Of a stretch of 64,000 nucleotides of DNA, positions 45,373 through 55,158 are shown one piece after another; position 1 is the stretch's first letter, and each line of letters opens with the position of its first letter. The stretch lies in the NCBI GenBank assembly GCA_029261065.1, contig JAJDCB010000029.1, positions 15,448-79,447 on the forward strand, given 5' to 3'. The position numbers were made by a program, and so were the translations under genes. Source of the stretch: Candidatus Omnitrophota bacterium. Its GTDB lineage: Bacteria; Omnitrophota; Gorgyraeia; Zapsychrales; Zapsychraceae. The notes beneath the pieces were generated by a model that was not told the DNA's origin, ran no database searches, and saw only the letters and a program-made list of their open reading frames with translations.

Positions 45373-47007
45373 ATGATTTATCAAATTTCTATATCATTTG
45401 TAATGGCTTTTTTGTTCTTTGTGCTCTTTTTTGCTGTTTTTACAAAAGGGGCGCATAGTGCTACATCTAGAACGTTTAATGTGCTGATCTTAAATATGGC
45501 TTTGTGGTCGTTGGCCATCGCGATGTTTTATTTTAGTGAAACGCCTTCCTCTGAGATGTTTTGGACGAATGTCTTATATGTTACAGGTAGTATGATTCCC
45601 TCCTCATTTTATCAATTTTCTTTTATTTTTCCTTTTGGTTCTGTCGCCATTTCTCGCTTTAAACGATTTATGATATTTGTTCCAAATATTATATTGTTTG
45701 GGCTGTTCTTTTTTACACCTTGGATGGTCAAAGATATTGTTGTCATTGATGGTGTTAAAAATTTTATATATGGGCCCGCGGGTTTTTTATTTAATATTCA
45801 ATTTATTGTTACTTTTTTTCTCGCCTATTTAAGATTGTTTCCTTTAATGAATACTTCTTCTGGTGTTTTAACCAGCCGACTGCGTTATATTATTTTTGCA
45901 TCTCTCTCAGGTGTTATTCTTGCCGGAACCACCAACGTGATTATGCCAGCATTAGGACGTTTTGAAATGGTGTGGTTGGGACCACCATTAACGATTACGT
46001 GGTTAGTGGGTGTTGTGTATGCGATTCTTAAATATAAAATTATTGATATGCGTTTTATTATTCGACGTAGTCTTATTTATTCGTTTTCAGTAACAATTAT
46101 TTCCGTAACGTTTTTAATTTGTGTTATGACATTTGAGAGGGTGTTTCAAGGCATTGTGGGCTATGAGAACTTTATTGGTTCAACGATTGCAGCTACAATT
46201 ATTGCTTTAATGTTTACGCCTATTAAGAATAAGGTTCAATATTGGATTGATCGCTTGTTTTTTAAGGGATCACAAGTAGAAATTGCTGAACAAAATGTGC
46301 GTCTGCGTGAAGAGATAGCACGGGCTGAGAAATACAAGTCTTTGGCTAACATCGCAAGCGGGGTTGCTCATGAAATCAAAAATCCACTAACAGCCATATA
46401 TACTTTTTCTGAATATTTGCCGCATAAATTACATGATGAGCAGTTTTTGAATAAGTTTTCAAAAATTGTTCATAAAGAGGTTCATCGGATTAATGATTTA
46501 GTTCATCAACTTCTTGAATATGGAAAACCAGCGCCTCTTTGTGAGAAGCAATGCGATGTCAATAAACTCATCGCTGATACGTTGTTGATGTTAAAAAGTA
46601 AGTTTTATGATCGAAATATCCATCTTAAGACAATTTACTCTCATGAAGATTTGTCTATTCAAGTAGATCCCAATCAAATTCGTCAGGCGTTATTAAATGT
46701 TTTACTTAATGCGATAGATGCGATGCCTGAGGGGGGGTATCTTTGGGTTGAAACCAACGTCAATCGTTTACATTTTTGTATATCTATTCGTGATTCTGGT
46801 ATTGGGATTGCTCAAAATCGTTTAACACATATTTTCGAACCTTTTTATACTAAAAAGGATGAGGGGACAGGATTGGGGTTATCTATTACACAGTCCATTA
46901 TAGAAAACCATGAAGGCCGTATAAAAGTTAAAAGCGCCCCAAATGCGGGTGCGGAATTTATCATAGAATTACCACTAGATTTAGATGTTTATAAAGTAGG
47001 TATTTAG
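45373..47007 (+). CDS. Membrane-bound sensor histidine kinase (N-terminal 7TM type)
   Basis: Multi-TM N-terminus; AHEIKNPL H-box, N-box, DSGIG, FEPFYT, GTGLGL. Confidence 0.92.
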   Translation: MIYQISISFVMAFLFFVLFFAVFTKGAHSATSRTFNVLILNMALWSLAIAMFYFSETPSSEMFWTNVLYVTGSMIPSSFYQFSFIFPFGSVAISRFKRFMIFVPNIILFGLFFFTPWMVKDIVVIDGVKNFIYGPAGFLFNIQFIVTFFLAYLRLFPLMNTSSGVLTSRLRYIIFASLSGVILAGTTNVIMPALGRFEMVWLGPPLTITWLVGVVYAILKYKIIDMRFIIRRSLIYSFSVTIISVTFLICVMTFERVFQGIVGYENFIGSTIAATIIALMFTPIKNKVQYWIDRLFFKGSQVEIAEQNVRLREEIARAEKYKSLANIASGVAHEIKNPLTAIYTFSEYLPHKLHDEQFLNKFSKIVHKEVHRINDLVHQLLEYGKPAPLCEKQCDVNKLIADTLLMLKSKFYDRNIHLKTIYSHEDLSIQVDPNQIRQALLNVLLNAIDAMPEGGYLWVETNVNRLHFCISIRDSGIGIAQNRLTHIFEPFYTKKDEGTGLGLSITQSIIENHEGRIKVKSAPNAGAEFIIELPLDLDVYKVGI

Positions 47008-48668
47008 AGTTGATTATTTTGATGGAGCCATTGTTTGGCCTTGTTATGACCAAGAGAAGCCGCCATATTGGCATCCTTTAGGGCTTCGGCGTGTTTATTG
47101 AGGTGATGATAAATCTTGGCCCTATTATAGTAGATGGTCGCATCTTTAGAGTTAAGTTTTAGAGATGATTGATAATCTTTAAGCGCTTGTTCAAAGTTAT
47201 TTAGAAGAGCAAAGGTATTCGCACGATTCATATAAGCACTTTCATAATCAGGGTCTAGTTTGATAGCTAAACTATAATCCGTAACGGCCTTTTTGTACTG
47301 TTTTAAGGCTGCAAACGCGTTAGCTCGATTATTGTAAGCTCGTGCATGATCCAGTTTTAGTCTTATAGCGTTATCGTAGTCTCCAATCGCTTCTTTAAGT
47401 TGTTTGCGTTTTTTATATTCAATTCCCCGATTGTTATAAGCCATCCAACATTCAGGATTCTTTTTTAGGACATCTGTAAATAAAACAAGATTATTTTTAT
47501 AGACTAATGTTTGTTGCCAAGATAAAAAAGAAAAACTTGTAATGAGGAATGAAAAAACAACGATTCTTGCCTCTAAGTTAAATCGTTTAGTTATGTATTG
47601 ATAGATAAAACTTATCAATCCTACTAATACGCCAATACTGGCTACATATTGAAGATGGTCGGCAACAAAGGTATAGCGCATTAAATAAAAATTGATAAAT
47701 CCGAGTGCTGGTAACAATAAAACGATAAAGAATAAAATAGCAACAATTGGACCCTTGCCTAGTTTGTTTCTCTTCCAGAAAAACCACGAGATAACAGCAG
47801 CTGTAGCCAATATAAAAAGATATCCACGGAAATCCGCAACATCAACATTCCATTTAGTGTAAACAAAGCTGATCGGATAAGGGAAAAGAATCTTTCCACC
47901 ATAAAACCAAAGCGCTTTGCTCGCTATCAAACAACGTTGGATCCACGATAAATCCCAATCTGCTCCTTGAGCACCCACATGATTTTTTTCCATCCAGATC
48001 GTAAATAACCCTAATACTAAAGAAATGAGGAAATAGGGAGCTAGTAGTAAACAATCTTTAAATTTAATTTTTTCTTTTTTCCACCACAAAATTCCAAGCA
48101 AAGCAATTGGAAAGGTGCAAAAAGCGGTTTTGCTAAATAAACATAGGATAAATAAGAGAAGAGATAGAAAATAGTATTTTTTCTTTTGAAGATTACAGAA
48201 GTTAGTGGCGTAAGCTTTAAGATAGCTTAGGAGAGAGGCTAATAAAAAGACAGCTGATAAAACATTTTTTCTTTCTGCAACCCAAGCAACAGATTCTACA
48301 TATACAGGGTGGACGGTAAATAAAGCAGCGCAGACCCAGGCTCCGTGTATATTTAAGTGCAGGAGAATCAAGTACAGCAAAATAGCACTGATACTATGAA
48401 TCAAAATATTTATAAGGTGCGAATAAAAGGGGGTGTGATCAAAAAAATAATTTTCCAGCCAAAAAGAACTGTGTGTTAAGGGGTAATAGGGGTGTTCTGT
48501 TATTGTTGGCTGTAGCCATATGTTTTTAAGGCCATCAACAGTTGTTAGATGGGCATCTGTTAGATAAACATCGTCATCCCAAACATAATCGTTAAATGGG
48601 GCTTTTGAATAGGTGAGGAGTGTGAGAAAGATGATGATAAATATTTTAAAAGCGATTTTCATATTCAC
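47004..48668 (-). CDS. TMTC-like GT-C membrane protein with C-terminal TPRs
   Basis: YVWDD, YYPLT, HPVYVESVAWVAERK, ADHLQY; TPRs AYNNRG, AYNNRA, AYMNRA. Confidence 0.85.
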   Translation of the reverse strand: MNMKIAFKIFIIIFLTLLTYSKAPFNDYVWDDDVYLTDAHLTTVDGLKNIWLQPTITEHPYYPLTHSSFWLENYFFDHTPFYSHLINILIHSISAILLYLILLHLNIHGAWVCAALFTVHPVYVESVAWVAERKNVLSAVFLLASLLSYLKAYATNFCNLQKKKYYFLSLLLFILCLFSKTAFCTFPIALLGILWWKKEKIKFKDCLLLAPYFLISLVLGLFTIWMEKNHVGAQGADWDLSWIQRCLIASKALWFYGGKILFPYPISFVYTKWNVDVADFRGYLFILATAAVISWFFWKRNKLGKGPIVAILFFIVLLLPALGFINFYLMRYTFVADHLQYVASIGVLVGLISFIYQYITKRFNLEARIVVFSFLITSFSFLSWQQTLVYKNNLVLFTDVLKKNPECWMAYNNRGIEYKKRKQLKEAIGDYDNAIRLKLDHARAYNNRANAFAALKQYKKAVTDYSLAIKLDPDYESAYMNRANTFALLNNFEQALKDYQSSLKLNSKDATIYYNRAKIYHHLNKHAEALKDANMAASLGHNKAKQWLHQNNQL

Positions 48669-48670
48669 TA

Positions 48671-49426
48671 TTATGCAGACTTAGCAATGATTTTTGGTTC
48701 TTGTGAATTTTTCAAATGATGTCTATTTCTCCAAAGGGAGTAGATGCTTTTAGCATAGTGGCTACCTAATTCTTTAAATTTAAAACGTGTTTGACCAAAT
48801 TTTCGAGCATACCACTGGGTTGGAATAACACAATAGCGATATCCGCGTAATATAGATTTCAGTGGCATCTCAACGGTAATATTAAATTTTTCAGCCTCAA
48901 GTGGCTGTATGTCTGTAATCACTTCCCGAGAATAGCATTTAAAAGCGTTTGATAAGTCCCGATAAGGCAATCGAAAAATCAGAGCAAGCCATTCATTAAC
49001 GAAGCGATTTAATAGAAATTTTAGTACAGGGTAACCCTTAGGGGATGTTTCTTTGCTCCAGCGCATCCCAAAGCAACAATCATATCCTTCTTCTGCCTTT
49101 TGAATATAGTGAATGATGTCTTTAGGGTCATCAGAGGCATCGGCCATTGCAATGATACAATAATCACCATTGAAATGTTTAAGGCCTGTTTTAATAGCAT
49201 GACCAAAACCGAAAGGTGGGGGATTTACAATTAAGTGGATGCGGGTGTCTTTTTGGGATAGTTGTTTAACAGCGGAAGATGTTAAATCTGTTGAACCATC
49301 ATCAATAACAAGAATTTCAAATGACGTTTGATTATTGTGAAGTTCATTAATTATGTTTTTAATGGTTGTTGAAATGTTATTGGCTTCGTTTTTCGCTGGG
49401 ATGATTATTGAAAAATGATGTGACAT
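48671..49426 (-). CDS. Glycosyltransferase family 2 (DPM1-like)
   Basis: IIPAKNE, DDGSTD, GFG.AI, MADASD, SNAFKCY. Confidence 0.88.
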   Translation of the reverse strand: MSHHFSIIIPAKNEANNISTTIKNIINELHNNQTSFEILVIDDGSTDLTSSAVKQLSQKDTRIHLIVNPPPFGFGHAIKTGLKHFNGDYCIIAMADASDDPKDIIHYIQKAEEGYDCCFGMRWSKETSPKGYPVLKFLLNRFVNEWLALIFRLPYRDLSNAFKCYSREVITDIQPLEAEKFNITVEMPLKSILRGYRYCVIPTQWYARKFGQTRFKFKELGSHYAKSIYSLWRNRHHLKNSQEPKIIAKSA

Positions 49427-49499
49427 GAATTTAAGGGGGGTGTTAAAAATAAATTGAAATTATGACTTATCTTATAACCACATGAGGTAAAGTTCAAAC

Positions 49500-50870
49500 T
49501 TATTCTTTGCGTAAATGGGAGGGGAGGATATTTAGGTTTTGACGATATTTGCTAATGGTACGCCGGGCAATTTTCATGTCCTTCGATTCAAAATAATTTT
49601 GAATTTCTTGGTCAGAAAGAGGTTTGGATTTATTTTCATTCATGATTAAATCCTTTAATTCTTCTTTCATGCTTCTTGAAGAAATATCGCTATTAGCGCA
49701 TTTTGAGAGACCTTGTGAGAAGAAAAATTTTATGGGGAGTAGTCCGTGTGGGGTATCGATATATTTATTGTTTATTGCACGGCTGACGGTTGATTCATTG
49801 CGATCGATGGATTGGGCCACATCTCGAAGAACCATGGGTTTGATGGCAGTTGATCCTTGAAAAAAGAAGTCTCTTTGGTGCTCTAAGATGTAGTTTGCAA
49901 TGTTCTCGATAGTTTGATGACGTTGTTCAATGCTGCGTATAAACAATATTGCATTTTTAATTTTTTCTCTAATAAATTCTTGTTCTTCTTGAGTGCTATT
50001 GGGATTGTGAAGCATTCTTTGATAAATTTTGTTGATACGTAGTTGAGGAACATGTTTTTTGTTAATAGTGACAGTAAAGTTTTTGTTGTCTTCATTTTTT
50101 GTAATAATGATGTCTGGTTTAATGTAAATATTTTCCGTGATGGGACGAAAATTCCTCGCAGGTTTAGGTTCGAGGGAAGCAATAATCTCTGTGAGTTGTT
50201 TGACTTTTTCGATGGAGAGTTTTGTTTTTCTGGCAATATCAGCGTATTTTTTTTTGCTAATTTCAGTTAAAAATTCGGTAATAAGTTTGCTTAGCAAGAT
50301 GCTATTACCATTATATCGATAGAGAACTTGGTTAAGCAAACACTCTTGAAGATTGCGCGAGGCAATGCCTGGTGGATCGAAATTTTGAACTTTACTAAGA
50401 ATTTTCTCAACTAGTGTTATGTTATTGATGTGCAGGGTTTCATTAATCTCTTCACAACTCAATAATAAGTATCCTTCTTCGTTGAGGTTTCCGATTATAA
50501 ATTCTCCTATTTCTAATTCAATGGGATCATCACATTCAAATCGTAACTGCTCGAGCAAATAGTCTTCTAGGGGGGCGCTGCGTGTAATTGGCTTTTGTTC
50601 CATGATTTCATCATCAATGGTGCCATCATAAAAATTTTCAAAAGGGGACTCTTTGATCTGAGATATTCTTTGTTCTATGAGGGCATCAAGAGATTCTTTT
50701 TCAGATAACGTTTTTTCATCGTCAACTTCAAGAAGGGGGTTTTCTTGTAATTCTTGCTCTATGGCAGAGTTTAACTCCGTAATGGGTAGCAACAATATCT
50801 CTATAGATTGCTGCATAATAGGGGCAAGCGTTTGCTTTTGTATTTGTGAGGGCGATAATTTAATTCTCAT
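49500..50870 (-). CDS. rpoN: RNA polymerase sigma-54 factor
   Basis: MQQSIEILLLP, ENPLLE, DPPGIASRNLQECL, ESTVSRA, PLSD, RpoN box ARRTISKYR. Confidence 0.97.
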   Translation of the reverse strand: MRIKLSPSQIQKQTLAPIMQQSIEILLLPITELNSAIEQELQENPLLEVDDEKTLSEKESLDALIEQRISQIKESPFENFYDGTIDDEIMEQKPITRSAPLEDYLLEQLRFECDDPIELEIGEFIIGNLNEEGYLLLSCEEINETLHINNITLVEKILSKVQNFDPPGIASRNLQECLLNQVLYRYNGNSILLSKLITEFLTEISKKKYADIARKTKLSIEKVKQLTEIIASLEPKPARNFRPITENIYIKPDIIITKNEDNKNFTVTINKKHVPQLRINKIYQRMLHNPNSTQEEQEFIREKIKNAILFIRSIEQRHQTIENIANYILEHQRDFFFQGSTAIKPMVLRDVAQSIDRNESTVSRAINNKYIDTPHGLLPIKFFFSQGLSKCANSDISSRSMKEELKDLIMNENKSKPLSDQEIQNYFESKDMKIARRTISKYRQNLNILPSHLRKE

Positions 50871-51105
50871 ATGCAAGAAGTATACCATATGATATAAAAT
50901 GTAACAAATAATTCTTAGTTCGTAAATTATTCAAATAAAATAAGTTATGTTTAATTTGTGAATTATTATGTTTTAATGTCATATAGCGTTACTGTGACAT
51001 GCTTAGAAAGACTAGGACAACGCAGAAATAGGAGGCTACGCAGGATACTTCTCTATATACTTCTGAATTTAAGTGTAAAAACGCAATTTGGGATGGTGAT
51101 AAAAT

Positions 51106-51134
51106 TGGACAAAGCAGTAAATCATTGCTATAAT
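51106..51134 (+). promoter_or_regulatory. Sigma-70 promoter with extended -10
   Basis: TGGACA-17 nt-TATAAT, the -10 preceded by TGC. Confidence 0.6.
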
Positions 51135-51308
51135 ACGCGTTTCCATGAATGTCCGGGTGTGTCTAGGACAGAGATGTTCAATCTTTTAAACATTGTTACA
51201 AAGCCTGAAAGTCTATGCTTTTTTGTCTCCATAACGCTTAATCTTATAAGTCGTTGCAAATAAAAGCTTTATAATCTTATAAAAAATGAAAATATATCTC
51301 ATCGAATC

Positions 51309-51324
51309 TGGCATGGTATTTGCT
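51309..51324 (+). promoter_or_regulatory. Sigma-54 -24/-12 promoter of the EPS operon
   Basis: TGGCATG-GTAT-TTGCT versus consensus TGGCACG-N4-TTGCW, one mismatch and correct GG-N10-GC spacing. Confidence 0.8.
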
Positions 51325-51449
51325 TCATGTAAGGGTATAGATTGTCCTACAGGCTCATAGCCAGTGTTCATCGTAACAATACAGAGTAGCAAAGGATGGA
51401 CATCAGTTAGGAGTAAATATTTCAAAGAGTAAACATAGGAGGAATTAAG

Positions 51450-51635
51450 GTGAAAAAGCGAATGACGATTACCGAAGTAGCAGAAATCGTTGGGATTAGT
51501 CCTAAAACGATTGTACGCTGGGAGAAGGTCGGAAAGGTCAAAAAGGCTAAGCGGGATTGGAGAGGCTGGCGAGTTTATGACGAAGAAGATCTACATGGAA
51601 TTAAATTGTTTCATGAAACAGTGTTTGAAATTTAA
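51450..51635 (+). CDS. Stand-alone MerR-type HTH DNA-binding protein (61 aa)
   Basis: MTITEVAEIVGISPKTIVRWEKVG...RDWRGWRVY; RBS AGGAGG. Confidence 0.88.
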   Translation: MKKRMTITEVAEIVGISPKTIVRWEKVGKVKKAKRDWRGWRVYDEEDLHGIKLFHETVFEI

Positions 51636-51668
51636 TTTGGGAGAAAAATTTTTTTTGGAGGATGTATC

Positions 51669-52487
51669 ATGAAAATACTTATAAATAGTATTAAAAATGT
51701 AAGAGTTCTTGTTTTAGCGGGTATGTTTGTAGCCCTTTCAACACATGTGACGAATGCTCAAAATTTTTCTAATTTGAAACCAACGGAAGATCAAGCTGCG
51801 TTGGATGAGCAAATCACACAACAAGAAATTGAACGGATTTTAGCAAATGAAATCTATAGCTCACCTAATACAGGTGAAGTTGGCATAGATTTTAGCGCGA
51901 TGAGCAACTACACGTTGGGAACTAATGATGTGATTGAAATAGCTGTATTAAGACATCCCGAAGTGAGTGGTCAGTATGTTTTAAATTCTGAAGGAAAAAT
52001 ACAATATGATTTTGTTGGAGATGTATCTTTGTCTGGATTAACAAAATCAAAATCAAAAGAAATTATAGCTGAGAAATTATCTTCTTATATTATTTCGCCA
52101 GAGGTGACAGTAAAGATTGTAGGGTATAACAGTAAAGTTGTTTATGTGATTGGTGAGGTTGGACGTCCAGGTAAGGTTTTTATGCGTGGAGATACGATTA
52201 CCGTCAAAGAAGCTCTTATGCAAGCAGGCCTTCCTTTATTATCTGCCAAGATGAAGAAAAGTTCGGTTGTGACACCTTCCGATTCTGGAAAAATGGAAGT
52301 TAAGCCTGTTAATGTACATAAATTGCTTGTAAAGGGTGACTTAAGAGAAAACTTAGTTATGAAGCCAGGTGATACTTTATATTTACCACCAACGGTTATG
52401 ACTAAAGTCATGAGAACGATATCACCTGTTGCTGCTCCTATTGGAACGGCTGCTGGGACTGGACGAACGCTTACGACTGGTTTTTAA
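51669..52487 (+). CDS. Polysaccharide export protein (Wza/OPX family)
   Basis: YTLGTNDVIEI...EGKI...G, VYVIGEVGRPG, PGDTLYLP; signal peptide. Confidence 0.88.
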   Translation: MKILINSIKNVRVLVLAGMFVALSTHVTNAQNFSNLKPTEDQAALDEQITQQEIERILANEIYSSPNTGEVGIDFSAMSNYTLGTNDVIEIAVLRHPEVSGQYVLNSEGKIQYDFVGDVSLSGLTKSKSKEIIAEKLSSYIISPEVTVKIVGYNSKVVYVIGEVGRPGKVFMRGDTITVKEALMQAGLPLLSAKMKKSSVVTPSDSGKMEVKPVNVHKLLVKGDLRENLVMKPGDTLYLPPTVMTKVMRTISPVAAPIGTAAGTGRTLTTGF

Positions 52488-52534
52488 TGGTCGTGTTTTT
52501 GAAGTTTAAATATTATTTTTAGAAAGGAAAGATT

Positions 52535-53818
52535 ATGCAATCTTCAGTTGAGAATACAGCAACACCAATGACTTATTTAAAAGTCTTTTTTAGGCGCAAA
52601 GAACTCGTTGTTATTCCTATGTTTGTTGGATTGGTTCTAGGTGTGTGTACAGGAATGACGTTACAAAAGAAATATCGTTCTTCCACTGTTATTTTGGTAG
52701 AAGAAGGAAAAAGTGATAATCCTCTTTTTGACAGGTTGGCTGTATCTACAACTGTTGGCCAAAGGCTTTCTACAATTCGTGAGTCTATGTTGGGTTGGAA
52801 TAGTTTGTTAAAGCTTGTTAAGAGATTAGATATGGATCGAGAAGTTGAAACGGCGCGTGATTTGGAAAATTTAGTTTTAGGGATTAGAAGTAATATCGAC
52901 ATTAAACTTCGTGGGCGTAATATTATCGATTTAGCCTATATGGGAGAAGATCCAGAGCTCACACAGGCTGTTGTTCAAAATATTACAGATATTTTCGTAG
53001 AACGAAATCGTGAGATTCAAGATGAAGAAACTAGTGACGCTATTACATTTATAGAAGAGCAATTAAAGGTGTATCGAGGTAAAGTTAAATCCGGAGAAAT
53101 TGCTGGATTAAAAGATCAGTTAAAGGTTCTTCTGGTTGATTCAACAGACAGTCATCCTCGTGTAAGGCAACTTCGAGAGCAAATAACGGCTAAAGAAAAA
53201 GAATTAAGAGAGCAAAATCTTGATTATACAGAAACGATTGCAGCAGAGTCTCAAAAGTCCAATCCTATTATAAGTGAAATCAAAAATGCTTTAGAAAATA
53301 TAGAAAGCAATTCTTCTTTAGGGAGCCAAGAAGATTCGGAAAAAGAATATTATAAGTTTATGTTAATCAATAAATTAGATAATGTTATGGCTCGTGATGC
53401 GAATGTTAATAATCAGATTTATAACATGCTTTTACAGCGATTGGAGACAGCAAAGATTACGCAACGTTTGCAGGCTTCAAAAGAAGGAACAAAATACACT
53501 GTCCTTGACCCACCCCGAATTCCACTACATCCTGTTAAGCCAAACAAAATATTAGTAGCTCTTTCAGGATTATTTCTTGGAGGCTTATTAGGATTTGGAT
53601 TAGTTTTTGCTACTGAATTTTTAGATAAGTCATTTCTAGATGTAGAAGAAGCCAATGAATATTTAGGTGCTCCACTGTTAGGTGCTATTTCAAAAATTAA
53701 TACAGACACAAGTCTAAAGGAAGCACGTGAGAAAGCTGGTTGGTTTTATGGGTTAACAGCAGTTGTAGGTGTTGTTGTAGTTGTTTTAACCAAGGCTATA
53801 TCAAATTTTATGCAATAA
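52535..53818 (+). CDS. Polysaccharide co-polymerase / chain-length determinant (Wzc N-terminal type)
   Basis: TM + YRSST, coiled coils, HPRV, LDPP.IP..P.KPNK + TM, LG.PLLG.I. Confidence 0.88.
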   Translation: MQSSVENTATPMTYLKVFFRRKELVVIPMFVGLVLGVCTGMTLQKKYRSSTVILVEEGKSDNPLFDRLAVSTTVGQRLSTIRESMLGWNSLLKLVKRLDMDREVETARDLENLVLGIRSNIDIKLRGRNIIDLAYMGEDPELTQAVVQNITDIFVERNREIQDEETSDAITFIEEQLKVYRGKVKSGEIAGLKDQLKVLLVDSTDSHPRVRQLREQITAKEKELREQNLDYTETIAAESQKSNPIISEIKNALENIESNSSLGSQEDSEKEYYKFMLINKLDNVMARDANVNNQIYNMLLQRLETAKITQRLQASKEGTKYTVLDPPRIPLHPVKPNKILVALSGLFLGGLLGFGLVFATEFLDKSFLDVEEANEYLGAPLLGAISKINTDTSLKEAREKAGWFYGLTAVVGVVVVVLTKAISNFMQ

Positions 53819-53857
53819 AAGATTAAGTCGTTATTATTATCAGGAACAGGTGATTAT

Positions 53858-54709
53858 ATGTATCAAAACTTTTACGGATTTAAAGAGCCTCCATTTAACT
53901 TAACACCAAACTCAAAGTTTTTCTTTTCAAGCGAAAAACATACAGAGGCGTTAAGTACCTTATTATATGCTATTAACCAGAGAAAAGGTTTTGTAGTTAT
54001 AACAGGTCACATTGGTTCTGGAAAAACGACAGTATGTCGTGCGTTGATAAATCAACTTGATAAGAATACACAAACAGCGCTTATCACAAATACGCATATG
54101 AGCGGAAAAGATTTGTTGATGGCAATTTTGGAAGATTTGGAAGTTGATTTTGTTCCTGGCTCTAAATCGAAATTGCATTCTCAGCTAAATACTTATCTTA
54201 TTGAACAACTTCGTAGAAATAACAACGTGGTTCTTATCATTGATGAAGCTCAAAATTTGACGCCATCCGTATTAGAAGAGGTGCGAATGTTATCCAATTT
54301 AGAAACGGAGAATGAAAAGCTGATACAAATTCTTTTTATAGGACAACCTGAGCTAAAGAAAAAGTTGGCTCTTCCAAGGTTAGAACAGTTGCGTCAACGT
54401 ATAGCTGTTTATTTCCAGTTAACGCCTTTGGATTTCAAAGATGCTAAAAATTACATTTTGCATCGTCTTAAAGTAGCCAGTGGCAGCAATAAAGTTTTTT
54501 TTACGGATACGGCTATTGAAATGATTTATCAATTTTCAAAAGGGATTCCTCGTTTGATAAATCAAATATGCGACAGCGCATTTTTAACAGGGTATATCGC
54601 TGAGGTTAAGTTGATTGATGAGAAAATAATGGAAGAAGTTATTAATGAATCGCCTATGAAACAAATAGGTGGTAGAGAATTAGAGAACACAAACGAAATT
54701 TCCGTATAA
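53858..54709 (+). CDS. ExeA-family AAA ATPase
   Basis: MYQNFYGFKEPPF, GHIGSGKTT, IIDEAQNL, GQPEL, GIPRLIN. Confidence 0.92.
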   Translation: MYQNFYGFKEPPFNLTPNSKFFFSSEKHTEALSTLLYAINQRKGFVVITGHIGSGKTTVCRALINQLDKNTQTALITNTHMSGKDLLMAILEDLEVDFVPGSKSKLHSQLNTYLIEQLRRNNNVVLIIDEAQNLTPSVLEEVRMLSNLETENEKLIQILFIGQPELKKKLALPRLEQLRQRIAVYFQLTPLDFKDAKNYILHRLKVASGSNKVFFTDTAIEMIYQFSKGIPRLINQICDSAFLTGYIAEVKLIDEKIMEEVINESPMKQIGGRELENTNEISV

Positions 54710-54725
54710 ACGAAGAAGGTGAATA

Positions 54726-55133
54726 ATGATGAAAAATTTTCCTATTGATAATCAGATGTTTTGGACAGATGAGTTAAGAGATGACGTATTTGAGTTATGG
54801 AGAACGTCCTTGATGTTTTTTAATAAAGCTTGTGAATTGACTAAACAATTTCCAAAAAACGTTCCTTTTGATATTGATATTCAAGTTCGGGAGGCGTCAT
54901 TTACAATTTCTGAAAAGATTGCTAAAGCATCAAAGGCCGATGACATTGAGATTTATCAGGATTACTTAATGGACTCTGTAGATGCTATTCATAATGCCTT
55001 AGCAAAAATGTATATTGCTAATAAATGGGGATACATGAGGCTTGACAATTATATTGAAACCCATAGTCAAGCAAGACGTTTGGCCGCTCAAATTAAAGAG
55101 TTGATGTGGTTTCATGGGTTACAAGTTGCTTAA
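54726..55133 (+). CDS. Four-helix-bundle protein (divergent TIGR02436-like)
   Basis: LW..S...TKQFP....DIQVREASFTISEKIA...GY pattern. Confidence 0.65.
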   Translation: MMKNFPIDNQMFWTDELRDDVFELWRTSLMFFNKACELTKQFPKNVPFDIDIQVREASFTISEKIAKASKADDIEIYQDYLMDSVDAIHNALAKMYIANKWGYMRLDNYIETHSQARRLAAQIKELMWFHGLQVA

Positions 55134-55158
55134 ATAATAGGGAAAGAAGGTATAAAAA

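Noticed and set aside
50958-51425. ORFs 50958-51263 (+) and 51213-51425 (-) in the rpoN/EPS intergenic region
   Set aside because: No recognisable motifs, and they overlap promoter elements.
54726-55133. DGR accessory (Avd) gene or rRNA intervening-sequence gene
   Set aside because: No reverse transcriptase, TR/VR pair or rRNA in the window.
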